Shown in pieces: positions 25,176-38,200 of a DNA stretch of 64,000 bases (position 1 is its first letter; the number at the start of each line of letters is the position of its first letter). The translations under genes were made by a program, and so were the position numbers. The notes below the pieces were generated by a model. That model saw only the letters and a program-made list of their open reading frames with translations. It did not search any database and was not told the DNA's origin. The stretch is from Harriotta raleighana (Eukaryota). The stretch is taken from assembly GCA_050575255.1 (NCBI GenBank), contig JBNZDD010013622.1:1127774-1191773 (forward strand). The letters are read 5' to 3'.

Positions 25176-26229
25176 ATACCAATCTCTACTTGTAGATTTT
25201 CACGGTCACACAGGAAAACACAAGACCACTAAAGTGTTTAATACTGACCTTCGTGAGACTCCAATGCTAACTTTCAAATTGTAAAATTAGGATTTATAGA
25301 AAAGAAAAAAGTCTGTAAATTGTGCCTGCAGTTTTAAGCAGAGGCATCTTGCTTTTCCAGAACTCATTCTGTGACTGCATATTCCTCTACTAGCTTATAA
25401 TGTATACTTATGTAGCACCTTTCATTGAAAAAGGAGTCCTCACAAAGCTTTACTTGCATTATGTTTGCCCATTCTGCAATGTCACCATCACAGTATGAAG
25501 CAAGCAATCCTCAGCTTCTCAGAATTTATTCCTTTCAGACATTGAAAGGGGTAATGCAATCTTCCATGCCGTAGTCATAGTTACCAAACTGTAACGATAG
25601 TGCTATCATCAATACTTTCTAAATTAAATTTTGTGCATAGTTATGCTCAGTCAGTCTTCACCACTGTTGTCTGTGCGATGAAATCAGCCTATTCTGGTTG
25701 GTCACATTTGACTTGAACTGCCTTGAAATAACTGCATCTCTACACCCAAGTTATTTTTATACAGGACGTCAGTACCACCACTGATCTCACCGATGTTCAA
25801 TCTCACACAAAGCAGGGAAAACAGTGGTTACACAATAGATATTATTGCATCACAAATAGTCAAATAGCTTTTCCTCTGCTTGCAACTTTATCAGACAGAC
25901 AAGAGACACACGCAGAACACAAACCGTCCTTTCCCTTTTCGCTGCCTTTACCAGTACCCAAAACAAATCTAACAGTTGAGGTACAGGCTTTTCTTCTCTT
26001 TCTACTCCTGATGCTATATAATATAAAAGGATATACAGGCATTCTGGATGGTCTGCAGCTTGTGGGGGCAGCAGAAAAGACAAGGGCAGAGGCAGCAATG
26101 GGGATTCTCTGACGTCCCAGATGTACAGATGAAAACTTTTACCTGTGTCTGTCTAATAAGAGCATTTTGATATCCCAGAAGTGTTCCTTCCTATTGAGAA
26201 GCAACTATATATTCAGGTTAAATCGCCTA

Positions 26230-26492
26230 CAAAACAGTTTTATTTCAGCTTTCAGCCTCTCTGCCCCACACTCTGGAATTCCATCCCAGTCCCTTTGCCT
26301 CATTTCCTCCCTTGCCTCCTTCAAGATCTGTCTCAAGACCCTCCTCTTCAATCGTGCCTTCTGCCACCCTCCCAACTCCCCCCTTACCCTCCCCACACCC
26401 CGCCCCTTGCTCGAGTCCTGACCTGTGACTGTTCAGCGACTTGGCACATCCTCCCGACATGAAAGGCGCTCTATAAATGTAATTTTGTTGCT
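26230..26492 (+). mobile_element. L2 LINE 3' end
   Basis: AFSLSAP..LASFKICLKTLLFNRAF followed by the shared tail ...cctcccgacatgaaaggcgctctataaatgtaattttgttg. Confidence 0.75.
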
Positions 26493-26925
26493 GCAGTCAT
26501 TACTCTTTATCATGCAATCGGCTTTGAAATATTCCCCCTGATATGAAACATGCTATAAAACATAAACGTCTTTAAGACAACCAAATCTGCCACAAATTTA
26601 CTATCAACTTCATTTACAACAAAATGCCACCTAATTTAGGACATCCTGGTGAATATGAACTTGTATATACTCATTCATCTGAGCAAAAGGAGAGAAACAT
26701 TTTACCAAAAACATATCAGATGAATGGACAATAATTATTCATGTTTAATGAATAATGAATGTTTATTCATTAAATATGAATAATTTCATGTTTAATGCAA
26801 TACCTTAAACATGAGGCGTCATATAATGTTGAGAAAAATCACCAGTTTTCTAACATTTTCAGAATGACACAGCAATGACGGGGTGACCAGGTTATGAAGT
26901 CTACAGGAAGTGCAATCATTCTTAC

Positions 26926-26982
26926 CTCACCCATTCCATTAAGTTTCACCATCCACCCTTTCTTGAAGTTCAGTAAATCAGG
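26926..26982 (-). CDS. MPRIP: MPRIP-like exon, start of PH domain 2 (PDLLNFKKGWMVKLNGMGE)
   Basis: Acceptor ttttag|, donor |gtaaga; 57 nt. Confidence 0.92.
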
Positions 26983-29900
26983 CTAAAACATAAAAAAACA
27001 TAATTTGTCAAGGACACCAGGATAGATACAAAGGCTAATATACATATATCTTTATTTCAATATTTACACTGCTATAAAAAATTGTCTGTCACGTTTTGCC
27101 CACAAAATACAGTCAATCCACTTTAGAATATTTTCTGTGGAGCGCTTTTGAGACATTTCAACAATGTGATAAGACACTGTATCACATGCAAAGATTATTA
27201 TATTATCATTCAATGGCTCAGTTTCAAGACTAAGCATAATTCTAATCAAATGTTTCAAAGCTCAGTCAACTCTCTGAGCCAGATCACTGGATGTAAGTGA
27301 CCTTTGCAGTGCAGTTTTACAAAATCGGTTTGCATTGAAGTGTTTTCAGACAAATATCTGGCTTTGTAACTTGCATCAGACAGCCATACACCTGAAAAGG
27401 ATAAAATTCTGAAGCTCAAATAATTAAAAGTTCAAGAAATAATGTAATATATTACAGTGATAAATTAAAGTTAATGCCTGAAAAAATTTAAACCTTTGAA
27501 AGTAGGGCACCTTTAGTGAGATGAACGTGCACACAAAGTAGGTCAAATATTTCAATGTAGCTACGCCAGATTCAAAAACTGACAACCCCTTTGAGGCTTG
27601 ACAATGAAACAATTTGATGCTTCTATTTTTAAATAAGAAATTAAAATTGTTGCATATCAGATCATTAGATTCATATGCAGAAAACCTCATTTGAAACAAA
27701 TGTTAAAACATCTGGGACACACTAAAGAAGATTCAATTACCATAAACATTTTTCTTACAATTCGATCACCATTCTATATATTTTGTGAAGCGCTTTGAAA
27801 TGTCTCAGCAACTTGATGAAGCACTCTATCAAATGCAAGCATTATTATTATTTCATTATATTGCATGGGGTCAATCAGGTAAACAAGACGTGGGTTGCCA
27901 TGATTTAAAACAATTATAATAAATACTGGCCCACAATTGCTAAACAGTCTATCCTTTCTATTTTGTGACAATACATATCATCCTCCTAGTTACTTAAAGT
28001 GAATGAAAAGAGTTTCAGAAAAACATCATGAAATTTATTCCTCATATAATAAAAATGGCAAAGATTGCATAAATTTTTCGATTAAAATAAAATGTACAGG
28101 GATCAGGAATTTAAAAGTAATGCTAGATTATCAAACAGAAATTCCATTGTGAAATCCATCCTTGAAGAAGGGTGGAGGCGCTGGGCAAAGCTGTTGCACT
28201 GTTTGCCACAGTTATGTCGTGCAGGTTGACTCAAAATGGAGCTCTGAATGTTGAATAGAAAATAACTTTAATCAGACTTTGATAAATTGAAATCTTCAAA
28301 CCAAAAACAACTGTAGAAGCCATCATCAGTCTAGTAAGTTCTTTATTGTAAACATCACAGCAGAATATATTTTTTAGCTGGCACCTGTGAAGTTAGAATG
28401 AGCTGCCAATGATGGATTGTAGTTACTGAAGTTCCTTTCACCTAGCATTCTCTTTTCGCCATGAAGCCACCATTCCCTGCAAAGATACTTCTACTGACTC
28501 ACAGTGAAATTAGTCTAAATATCATAAAAAGTACAAATGTCATGCTTCTGCCATCCTTCTTCGTGAAACCATTAGAATGCATTTCCTTAATGTCCATAAC
28601 TAAACACTCAGTTTCTTGGTGCCAAACAGATTTCTTTCTGTTCATTTTAGAATTGAAATACGAGATATGATACCCAACAAATGATATTCAAAAACTAAAA
28701 CCAGATCACAATCACAATAAAATCACACTCTGGTCTAAAGAAAACATGCAATTATCTGGCAAAAAGATTCCCATTCTCATCATTATCCAGTAAAGTGCTC
28801 AGAGAGACAGGATCAGACTTGGATACAATACCCCCTCCAGTTACAAACCCGTTGTTCAGGTTAACATAGGAAAGCAGTAAATCCATGGAATTATAGCCTA
28901 GCTTCAAAGAAAGAAACATCTAGCATGTCTTATGAAATGCTAAACTACTGTCGATCACTGGTTTCAACATTTGGAATAGTCTAAGCAGCACTCAATAATA
29001 CTTTGGTGCGTTGTATGGGCACTGTGGTGTTCTTAAGAAAAATGACTCAATTTCTGTTATGTAAAAGATGTTTAAAAGCCCTTTCCCAATTCCCAAGATG
29101 ATGCCAACTGCTGAAGAATGGAAGTTATTCAGACTGTGTGAATATCACGACAAAGTGCAGTTGATGTACAATATGACAGACGCTTTGAAGATACGAAAGC
29201 ATAACACATTTGCACTAGTGATAAGTGGCTTAGATTGAAAGGAAAAGGATTTGCGTTTTCCTTATAGAAAATCCAGCAACATGAAGGTTAGAAACGCAGT
29301 ACATGTGAAGCGGAAAGCACATTATAAATGGAATTAATCCCAGGGTAAACAATATTAAATACTGAATCATTCATTTTGGAATTATTAACAAGAAGGTAAC
29401 CTAATTAAGAGGTTTAGAGAACTTTATAAACTGCAGCAGCAAAACTCAGGAGATTTGCAACCCTACCCAAAAAGATTAAAATTCTCTTTTAATTCTCTTG
29501 GGGACCTTTTTCTTACAAGAATTGATACTTCATGTATGAGGTGACCTGTATTCAAGTTTAAAGACTTTCAGAGAATCAATCAGATGTCTCAGCGTTGCAT
29601 GGTGAAGTTTGCATTAAAGTTTATTAGACACAATTCCTGGAAGTATATCAAGAAATAGTTCCAGGTGATTTTCTGGGACATTTCATTAACTGTATACATT
29701 ATTCAAAACCAGTAAAATTTGCTATCTCAGCCAGATTAGTTTGGACATGTAAATTCTGCAAGGTTTTTTTTATCCAGAAACATTCGGACGGCCTCAGGAT
29801 TCTCACTTCAAAGTGGTTGGTACATGTGAAACCATCAATTTGGATATTTAGTTTTAATTCTTCACAAATATCTCACAATTATAATATAATAATAATAATC

Positions 29901-30329
29901 CTTGTATTTGATATAGCACCTCTTCACGGCTCAAAGCGCTTTACAGACCAAACTATAAAATTAATTGACTCTACATTTGTGGGTGTAATTAAAGTTATCG
30001 CAAAAAAATATACCAATACAATGAATGTTTCATTGAAACTAAAACAATTCTGCATGAATTTCCTTCCCCAGGTGCCTCTGTATAAAGCTTTCAAAATGAT
30101 CCCGGGTATACTCAAATATTTCTATTCAGAGCAGATGGGAATCTTTTACTAGTAACCTATAGCAACCAGTTCTGCTACGAACTGGAAACACCAACTAAAT
30201 TATAAATGGCAGCATGTAATTATTATATGCAAATGCAAATATTATAATAATTATTAAAGATTCACAATGATGTTGATTTACCCAGCTCACAAGAGTTACA
30301 ATAGATTAAATATTTAAGGTTGCCATCAC

Positions 30330-30870
30330 CTCTCCTCTCTTACCTACCTCGGTCACACCACCATCACTTAGCCTTCACAAACATTGTTTCATCCTGTTCG
30401 GTCACCTGAGGGGTACTTCAAGGCTCCATCCTTGGACCCCTCTTTTCCTCATTTACATGCCCCTTTGGTGATTTCACTCATAGACACCTATACCTACTTC
30501 TCCTCCTTCAGCTGAAACTTCGGGGCCACTGATGTTGTCAGCTTGTTTGTCAGACATCAAGGCCTGGATGAGCGCAAACTTCTAGGCTTTGATGCCTGAC
30601 AAACAAACTGAACGTCAACAAGATAGATGGCATACATATTGGCTCCCATCAATGTCTTTTCTCCTCAACCTCCAAGGCCTATCCCTAAAGCCTACTGTAC
30701 ATAACCTAAGCTTGATCCCAGCTGTCCTTCCTATCAATATCCAATCCCCAACCAGAACAGCTTTCTCCCACCTCCATCACATTGCCTGCCTCCTACTGTA
30801 CCTCACACCCAATGCAGCTGAATCCCTCGTCACCCCCCTCCTTGATTATTCCAATGCCCTTCTCTATCAA
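30330..30870 (+). mobile_element. Degraded L2 LINE RT fragment
   Basis: G(V)xQGSILGPLxF-like sequence at about 30410-30450; AFSHLHHIA...LDYSNALL. Confidence 0.7.
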
Positions 30871-31293
30871 CGCAAATTGTTGTATTTTGTTGGCAAAATG
30901 AAGCAGCTAATGTGTGCACAGCAACATTCAATAAACTGCCATGGAGTGAAGGACCAATTTTATTTGGGGGATTTGTTGGCCAAAATAGAATTAGATTTAA
31001 CTTTATAGGTATTTTAATAGATATTAGAATAGAATTAAAAACATTAATGCCATATTATGCTCTGCAGAGTTACTTTCAGTTATTGCAATAATTACTCAAA
31101 CCAGAGTTTATAATGTGATAATTATAAACAGCATACAATTGCATTCATATCAATTCAGCCAGATTTCTAACAATTCTGTAAATATTTGGTAAGTGTCTTA
31201 CAGCTAAAATCATCTCAAAGTGCTTCATAAGATTTATATTACAAATGTAATGACTGTATTTTAGGTGAATATTAATGTCATTAATAATCTTAC

Positions 31294-31401
31294 CGTCATT
31301 ATAGATTCAGTTGTTCGCCTATCAAGCGACTTTGCCCGGCGTAGCGGAGGTATAGAAGCGGAATGAAAATCTCTTCCTCGGGTGGCTTCTTTTCTCATTT
31401 C
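31294..31401 (-). CDS. MPRIP: MPRIP-like exon (EMRKEATRGRDFHSASIPPLRRAKSLDRRTTESIMT)
   Basis: Acceptor gtgtag|, donor |gtaaga; 108 nt, phase 0; RRAKSLDRR motif; too short for the ORF track. Confidence 0.9.
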
Positions 31402-33338
31402 CTACACAATAACAAGAGATTACATTTGTATGCATCTTTTACATTGGGAGGATGTCCCAAGGCGCTGTTGTGCTTAACTCCAACCTAAAATGTTGAGCTG
31501 TTTACGAACAGCAAATCTTGGAACAGTATTTAATGGCAGCTGAATCATTTGAACGCCTTAATAACAGTTACATTTTGACTGCTGACCTTGCAGTCTCAGC
31601 TTCAGATAGATCTCCTCTTAATTTATTAAGAGATTATGTGTAAATTATTTTTGGTTGCAGCCACAATTATCTGGAGGAAAGCACAATACATTCCGAGTCC
31701 TCAGGTAATGAATGCTGTATTCAACAGAGCAAGAATAATACAATACATTCAGCTCTTTAAATCAAGTTTCCTTTAGTGCATTTGCTAAGCTAACTGCATG
31801 ACTTTGCTGCATTGATCCTTATCCTTAATAAGGATATCGAAGATCACCACTTCTGGTGTGTTAATAAGGAAATTCCTGGAAAGTGCAATAATGAACTCCT
31901 TGGATAGTTGGAATACCTGAAAGAAAAATGCTTTATGACAGGGACCAAATTAATTTTAAAATTCTGTGTCAGCTGTCTGTGTACAGAACAATAACTCAGC
32001 CAGTAATAAATTCAAAATCGGCCTAAGCAGAATGCCAATTAAGTCTCAACTATGACAAACATTCCTTAACAGTCATGCAGATAGCTAAATTATGCTGGGT
32101 GTTAGAAAGGAAAGAAGTGGGTAGAGAGTACTTTCAACATACAATACTCTTACAGCAATATTTCTCAAGATGATCCCTGAGTAACTCAACTGCTACGCAA
32201 CATTTTATTTTTGTGCCAATGTTTCTAATGCCTTCAAAGGGTTAAGAAATTAAATATTCACATATTTACTACTCTTCAATTATTCAAACAAAGTGTCTCA
32301 TGAGAAAGATTTAATTGAGGGAGAAAATAAGAGAATGCTAATTAAGTACAGATGCATCAAACCCTGGGAAACAGGGGTCTGTTCATTTAATGTTTTGTGA
32401 TCAAGACTAGCTATTTAGACCACATTAAACATTAAGACTTCAACGTTGGCAAGACTATTTTCAGCAAAACATTTTCACTTGAAATGGTCTTACAAGCTTT
32501 TCAGACTATAATAACTGCCATGTGGCTTTGGATCACAGGGAAGAAGGTGTGTTAATGAATAATGAATAAACCCTTCAGATCTAGGACTTTTCACACAGAA
32601 TGGGTAACACAAAAAAAAGTGAATAATGGTCTCAATTAGAAATTGGGATTGANGGCACCCTATTGTGAATAATGGTCTCAATTAGAAATTGGGATTGATT
32701 GCCAAAAGATAGCAGTGTCAGTGTTTTGTTTTTATCTGGTGTCTGATTGACTGCAAACATTTCATCCTCCACATAACTGCTGATCATTTGGGAGCAGGGT
32801 GAAACAATCTTGGGGCAGTACTTTCAAGTTTTAGAATCCACACTTATAAATGCCGTGAGCTTCCCCTACTCTAATCGGTTGGATGTCGCATTCAAACTAA
32901 ACAGTTTGTAATTTTCAATGGGAGACGAGATTAAACATTTTGTCCATAAAATCCAGATGTTCCAGTGAGAGTTAGAAACAGGAGATTGATCTGAGTGTAC
33001 CTATCGTACATTCGAGGTGACTTTTGCTACAAGGACAGGACAGGATAGTGGCGGTGGGAGGATGCACATGGGACATCCAATCCTCATAAAAATTACAGGA
33101 ACAGGATTAACAAATTTTAATTGAAATTCTTCCTCTCTCCCAGTATTTTTTTTAAAATAGAAAAAAAATCATCAATCCAATTGATTTATTAAAAAATACA
33201 TTCAGTAGAGAGCTTAGGTTTATGCAGAAGCTAGCAAGTCTTTAATGTGTTTACTGAGCAGGATTTTAAAACCCAGAATAGTTCAGATTTTAAAGTATTT
33301 ATTTCCAAGCAAGAAACAAGTTTTGTTGTACGACTTGC

Positions 33339-33483
33339 CTCTCTCCGTTGGAAACGTCTAGATTCACTTCTCCCTTGACGTGACTCACTGGGCACTGCTT
33401 CCCCTGCAAGCTGATCAGTCTCCATTCGATCAGCATTCTCCAGCTCCAGAGCTTCAAGTTTTTCTATTACAGTTGAGCGACGA
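33339..33483 (-). CDS. MPRIP: MPRIP-like exon (RRSTVIEKLEALELENADRMET...RQGRSESRRFQRRE) with a GC donor
   Basis: Acceptor atttag|; donor GAG|gcaagt is the only nearby site giving the required phase 0; 145 nt. Confidence 0.85.
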
Positions 33484-34919
33484 CTAAATGAAAAAGCAAT
33501 TTTGATGAAAAGCTGCACTGTATAAAAACATTCCATCAATGTAACCTGCAGCAGAAATGCCAAGGTAAAGCAGACAAAGCAATTTTGTATTTCTGCACAG
33601 AACAGAGCAAAAGCAATGATTAATCTGGAATTTTACTCAATACTGTAGTTCTATAGAAGATCCTGTTCTTTCACACATTGATTGCTAAAAATAGCAATTT
33701 TGCATGGCATAAATACAGACAAAAATAACTCACTAAATTTAAGCATTCGGTAAATGACCGATTGTTGACTTTCATTTAACAAACAAACTCTTAAAATGCC
33801 ACTCTTCATGGCTCAGAGGGTAAAAGCACTACACAATGCGACTGAGACTTCCAAGACATATTGGTATCATAATCTGTTTCACAAATCACCCTGGAGCTAT
33901 TGCAGCTTGCTTGCCATCAAAGAGCATAGTTTGATCAGTTTGTTCATATGTGGGTGTCTGGGTAATACAGGATCAGACTCAGCTAATGTCCTTTGCTGTC
34001 AATCAGCCTGCCATCATTTAGTGTTTAGGCTCACAACATGAAGAGCAACTTTAGGGAAAGGGTTTCATTGCGGCAATTAGTAATCTTGAAGGGGAAGCAA
34101 TAAATTCAAGGTGCAAACAAAGTCACCAATTTCCAAGCAGTCAGGTTGCCCTGACACTACTTCCTGCACGTTGTATGCATTCCTTTATAGCACATATATG
34201 CAGGAAGTGAAGTTTTTTTTAAAAAAAACTCAGGAAACCAGTTAGCCTGTACCTGAAGCCAAGTGTATTGTACTTCTAGTTATCACGGGTTCTACAATAA
34301 ACCCACACTATAAGTGAGGCAGTAAAGGTACTACTGTATAACCATGCAGGATAAATTATACAGAGTTTGCTATCAGTTATAGAACCATAATCCAGCATGG
34401 ATCATCAACTTCAGTACAGAAGGGTTCAGGTAGGTGAACCTGAAATGGCTGCCATAAAATAAACAGATCTCATTAAAGATTTTAGATTTTTTAACCATTT
34501 AATTTATCTGTCTGCCTACTGATTCTTCTTGAAATCTGTTGTGATATATTGAAAGATGTTATCAAAGAAAACAGACAAAACTGCCTTAATTTCCTTTTTT
34601 TTCACTTTAAAAAAAATAAACGTTCAACTTCTTCCTCTATAGAATTAGAGCAACAAATCCTACTTGCAGAGGGTTAATTAAATAAACAGCAACATACCCT
34701 TCTGTTGAAGTATTGATGCCATATCTTAAAAGTACTGTAATTCACACATCAGCAGCATTTCTATTTGTGAATTGTGTGACATGGGTGGTGTGGGCTGAAA
34801 GCAAATCTGATGTGTACTATTTCAGTTCAGCAGTTTGGGAGAACTAGCAGATTCTAAGTGGTTAGCTCAGGAACATAATCTATCCCTAGACGTGTGAGGA
34901 AAAACTTTTCTCACACATT

Positions 34920-35236
34920 CCAAGCATTTTCTCATACATCACAAGCGAGAGGACCCGGGTTTGATTCTCGGGCAGGGCAAAACTTTAGGCAAGTTTCTGT
35001 TTACTTAGCAGAAAAATAGGAACCTGATTGTTAGTCAATCAGCAATTGCTTTTGCGGGGGTAATAATCCCTTAAATGAATATGAAAAAAAATGTGGGTAC
35101 TCAATCCATGACTGTATGTGGGTCACAGCTGTGCACACTAGCTGCCACGTTTTGTCCGCAAAATATAAATCAATTAACTTTACAGAATATTCTGTAAAGC
35201 ATTTTGATACTCAAAGAAGTGGTAAGGATTATTATT
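34920..35236 (+). mobile_element. Diverged copy of the same tRNA-derived SINE family
   Basis: Box B-like GGTTTGATTCTC, then GGCAAAACTTTAGGCAAGTTTC, body ATCCATGACTGTATGTGGG and tail AAGGATTATTA. Confidence 0.7.
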
Positions 35237-38200
35237 TACATTATACTAAAAAAAAATCCATTCCGCATGCATCACACTTTGTGTGAAATATTTTAAAGGA
35301 AATGTACTTAAATTGTTACGAGTTCAAAAATAATGTTCATCAATATTAAATACTGTAGATAGCTTTGAATCTAATTCAGATTTCAAAACTCACAGCAATC
35401 AGAACATCTAAAATATGTTTTACAGTGAAGGATTTATTTTGCTTCAATTGGATGACTTGCACTTTGCAACCTTTAGTGAAACTTTCATCTACAGCTGAAA
35501 TATTGATTCTCCATCTGATATAATAAATCCACCATTGGTTTCTGGTGACCTTTACCTAGGAAGTTTAGAAAGGTCACCAAATAAACACAATATCTGTTTT
35601 AAAAGCAGGAAGAGCAAAACTTCAGAAAATTGTAAGAATAGTTTCTGCATTGGCCTATAACATTTTATATTATGATTATCGCATCCAACACCTCTTTAAA
35701 GTAGAACAACTAACTTCCCAATCTCTGACTTGGAATGTCAAGTTAAATATTTTGTTCAATGTCTTGATGTAGAAAGAAAGAAATTTCAAACTGAAATCCT
35801 CAATGTTTAGTCACATTGAGTTTCTGGCGTTCAAGTCTAATTTATTTTAATCTTAAACACATTGAAAATGAATCAGTCTGGAGAAGGAAATCCTCCAGCC
35901 ATTAATTGATGTTTTATTTATTTCCGGTGAGTTAGTGCATGTGTGCATGAGTGAGTATAGGTGTGCGCGCACACATAAGAGAGAGAGAAAATAGGACATT
36001 AACCACTGCCAGAAACAACATGGTCCCAGTTGATCAACAGAAAGCTCTAAATTGAAAATTCTGCAGAGCAATTCTGAACTGAACGGCCGCTGAATTTCCA
36101 AATTAAGGATAATTTACTTCAAATTTAAAATAACACAAACCATTGTGAAATACTACAGCTTTAAATGTATTCATTGTGTGAAATTAATAACTGGTTTCAG
36201 TTTCAAATCTAATGAATGTATCCCGCACCAGAACATTTTTTCCCAATATGCTTTCATGATTCTAAGGGAAAACAGTGACCTCGGGGCAAAACCGCATCCC
36301 TTGTGCTTGCCAGCGTGACCCTTCATTGTGGAATCGCTCCCATTTCCCATTTTCATGTTTTCCCAGCTTGAGTGACTCCACTAAAAACTGACACTTGCAC
36401 ATAACCAAACATAAACAGGATGAGACTAAAAAAGCACAATTCATCCAGTCACCTTAAAGTCACCATTCTACAGGACTTTGGCTTGTGAGGGTACAGGAGC
36501 AAAATGGGACAAATCCCTGCTCCCAGTCTGTGCCTTGAAGTCCTGATAACGAGCCAGGCGAGCTAGTCTGCTTCAAGAGCATTAATTGTGAAAAGCTTTT
36601 TGGTAGGGGAATTCAAGGACAAGTGGGCATGAATTTAAGATGATGATTGGGGAATAAAACTTATTTCAGAGAGTTGAGTATAAGAGTGTGAAATGCAAAA
36701 GGCGGCTGGCAGAACACTGCCATTAGGGGCACCTTAAAAAGAATCGGACAAGGCTATGCAGAGAAATAATATTAAAGGCTAGAGAAAAAGAGCTGGGCAT
36801 TTGGAGTTTCTGCTATTTCCCTGTACTCTTTAAGTTAGCAAGTTTCTATATGCAAACAATCCATTTATGCTATCAGCCAGGACACTGAGACCAATTTCCT
36901 TTTCCTTTGGATTAACATCGCAGGATTTATACTGTCTAAGAAAGTCCATTCCAACAGGCAGAAGTCTAATCAACTTATTTGGAAAAGTACCTACACGTTC
37001 CGTGCTATAATCAGTTATAAACTAGCATCTTGGGACATCTTCTGACATGAAAAATGCTCTAACAAATGTATTTTTGTTGTTACAAATGTTGTTATGAACA
37101 AGTAGAATTCTTCATGAGCAAATTGAATAAAAGAAGTCAAGATAAGGATCACGCTTGAACTACAAGCTCTCTCAATATAGCTCTGACGTTTCCTACAGTG
37201 ACCTGGGCCAAAGAATTGGGAGAAACAGGATGACAACATTATACAGAAAATTACTGCTCTCAATTCTGTTATAATGAAATCATTGCAGCAGTATTACACC
37301 CACTGTTAAAGGAATGTTGGCAGAACACAGGGCAAGGTGATTTTGAAGCCATTTATGGCAAAAATACGCTAAGTGGCCTGGCAGAAAGATGTTAAAATTC
37401 CATTTGCTGTCAATTAAAACGTTTTGAAAGAATGTATACATTCCAATGCAGTCTCAGTTAAAAAAAGCCTATAACCTTTCTATAAAAAAATGTTTTTAAT
37501 GCTGTACTATTGAAACTATTTAAAGAATATTATGTAGGTGAAGGTAAACAACAGTCACTTCTGAGAAACAAGGTATTATAACCATTAGCTATTGAATTTA
37601 GCATAGAATTACCCTATAGGCTTCATTTTTGATAATATTTTCCCATAACACTATTACTATATTTTACAGTATATCCTGTGGATGAAGGATATTTATCCCA
37701 CATTATTATTATTTGATGCTATGCTTGAACAATAATTTGCTCATAGTTCGAGAATATCATTAAAAAAAATATTTGGTTTATCTAATTCCAGGAACTTTGA
37801 ATGTTTCACCTTTTTAATGAATAAAAATGCAGCAGAGATTTGCTGTTAAAGCATATTCTGGCGAGTTAAACAAGATTCCGCAGCTTTCTGTGCCTGTGCA
37901 GAATTTGCCAAATTGAATTCCTTATTGCAACATAAAAATACTAAATATTTAAAATAGCTGAAACAATTATTTTTTTAAAAGTTACTAATATTATAGCTTA
38001 GGAACAAATCAAATTACGATTCCATGACTATAATAATATACTTCCTAACTGCTGCTAACCATTAGTTTGAATAATTGACTTTTTGGATTGGATATTTCTT
38101 TTTTTTAAAAATCCCTACAATAAGGACTTGGTTAGCAAAGATAATGTCTCACTCTTTGCCCCCACACCCCTCCAGCTCCAAGCAGTTAAGATGAAGAAGC

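Noticed and set aside
32619-32698. 34-nt direct repeat with a short spacer (CRISPR-like at a glance)
   Set aside because: Only two copies, joined across a single N; scaffold overlap artefact in a vertebrate intron.
35178-35199. Perfect 22-bp palindrome CTTTACAGAATATTCTGTAAAG
   Set aside because: A variant of the imperfect stem-loop in the SINE 3' region (compare 61304-61325); explained by the repeat.
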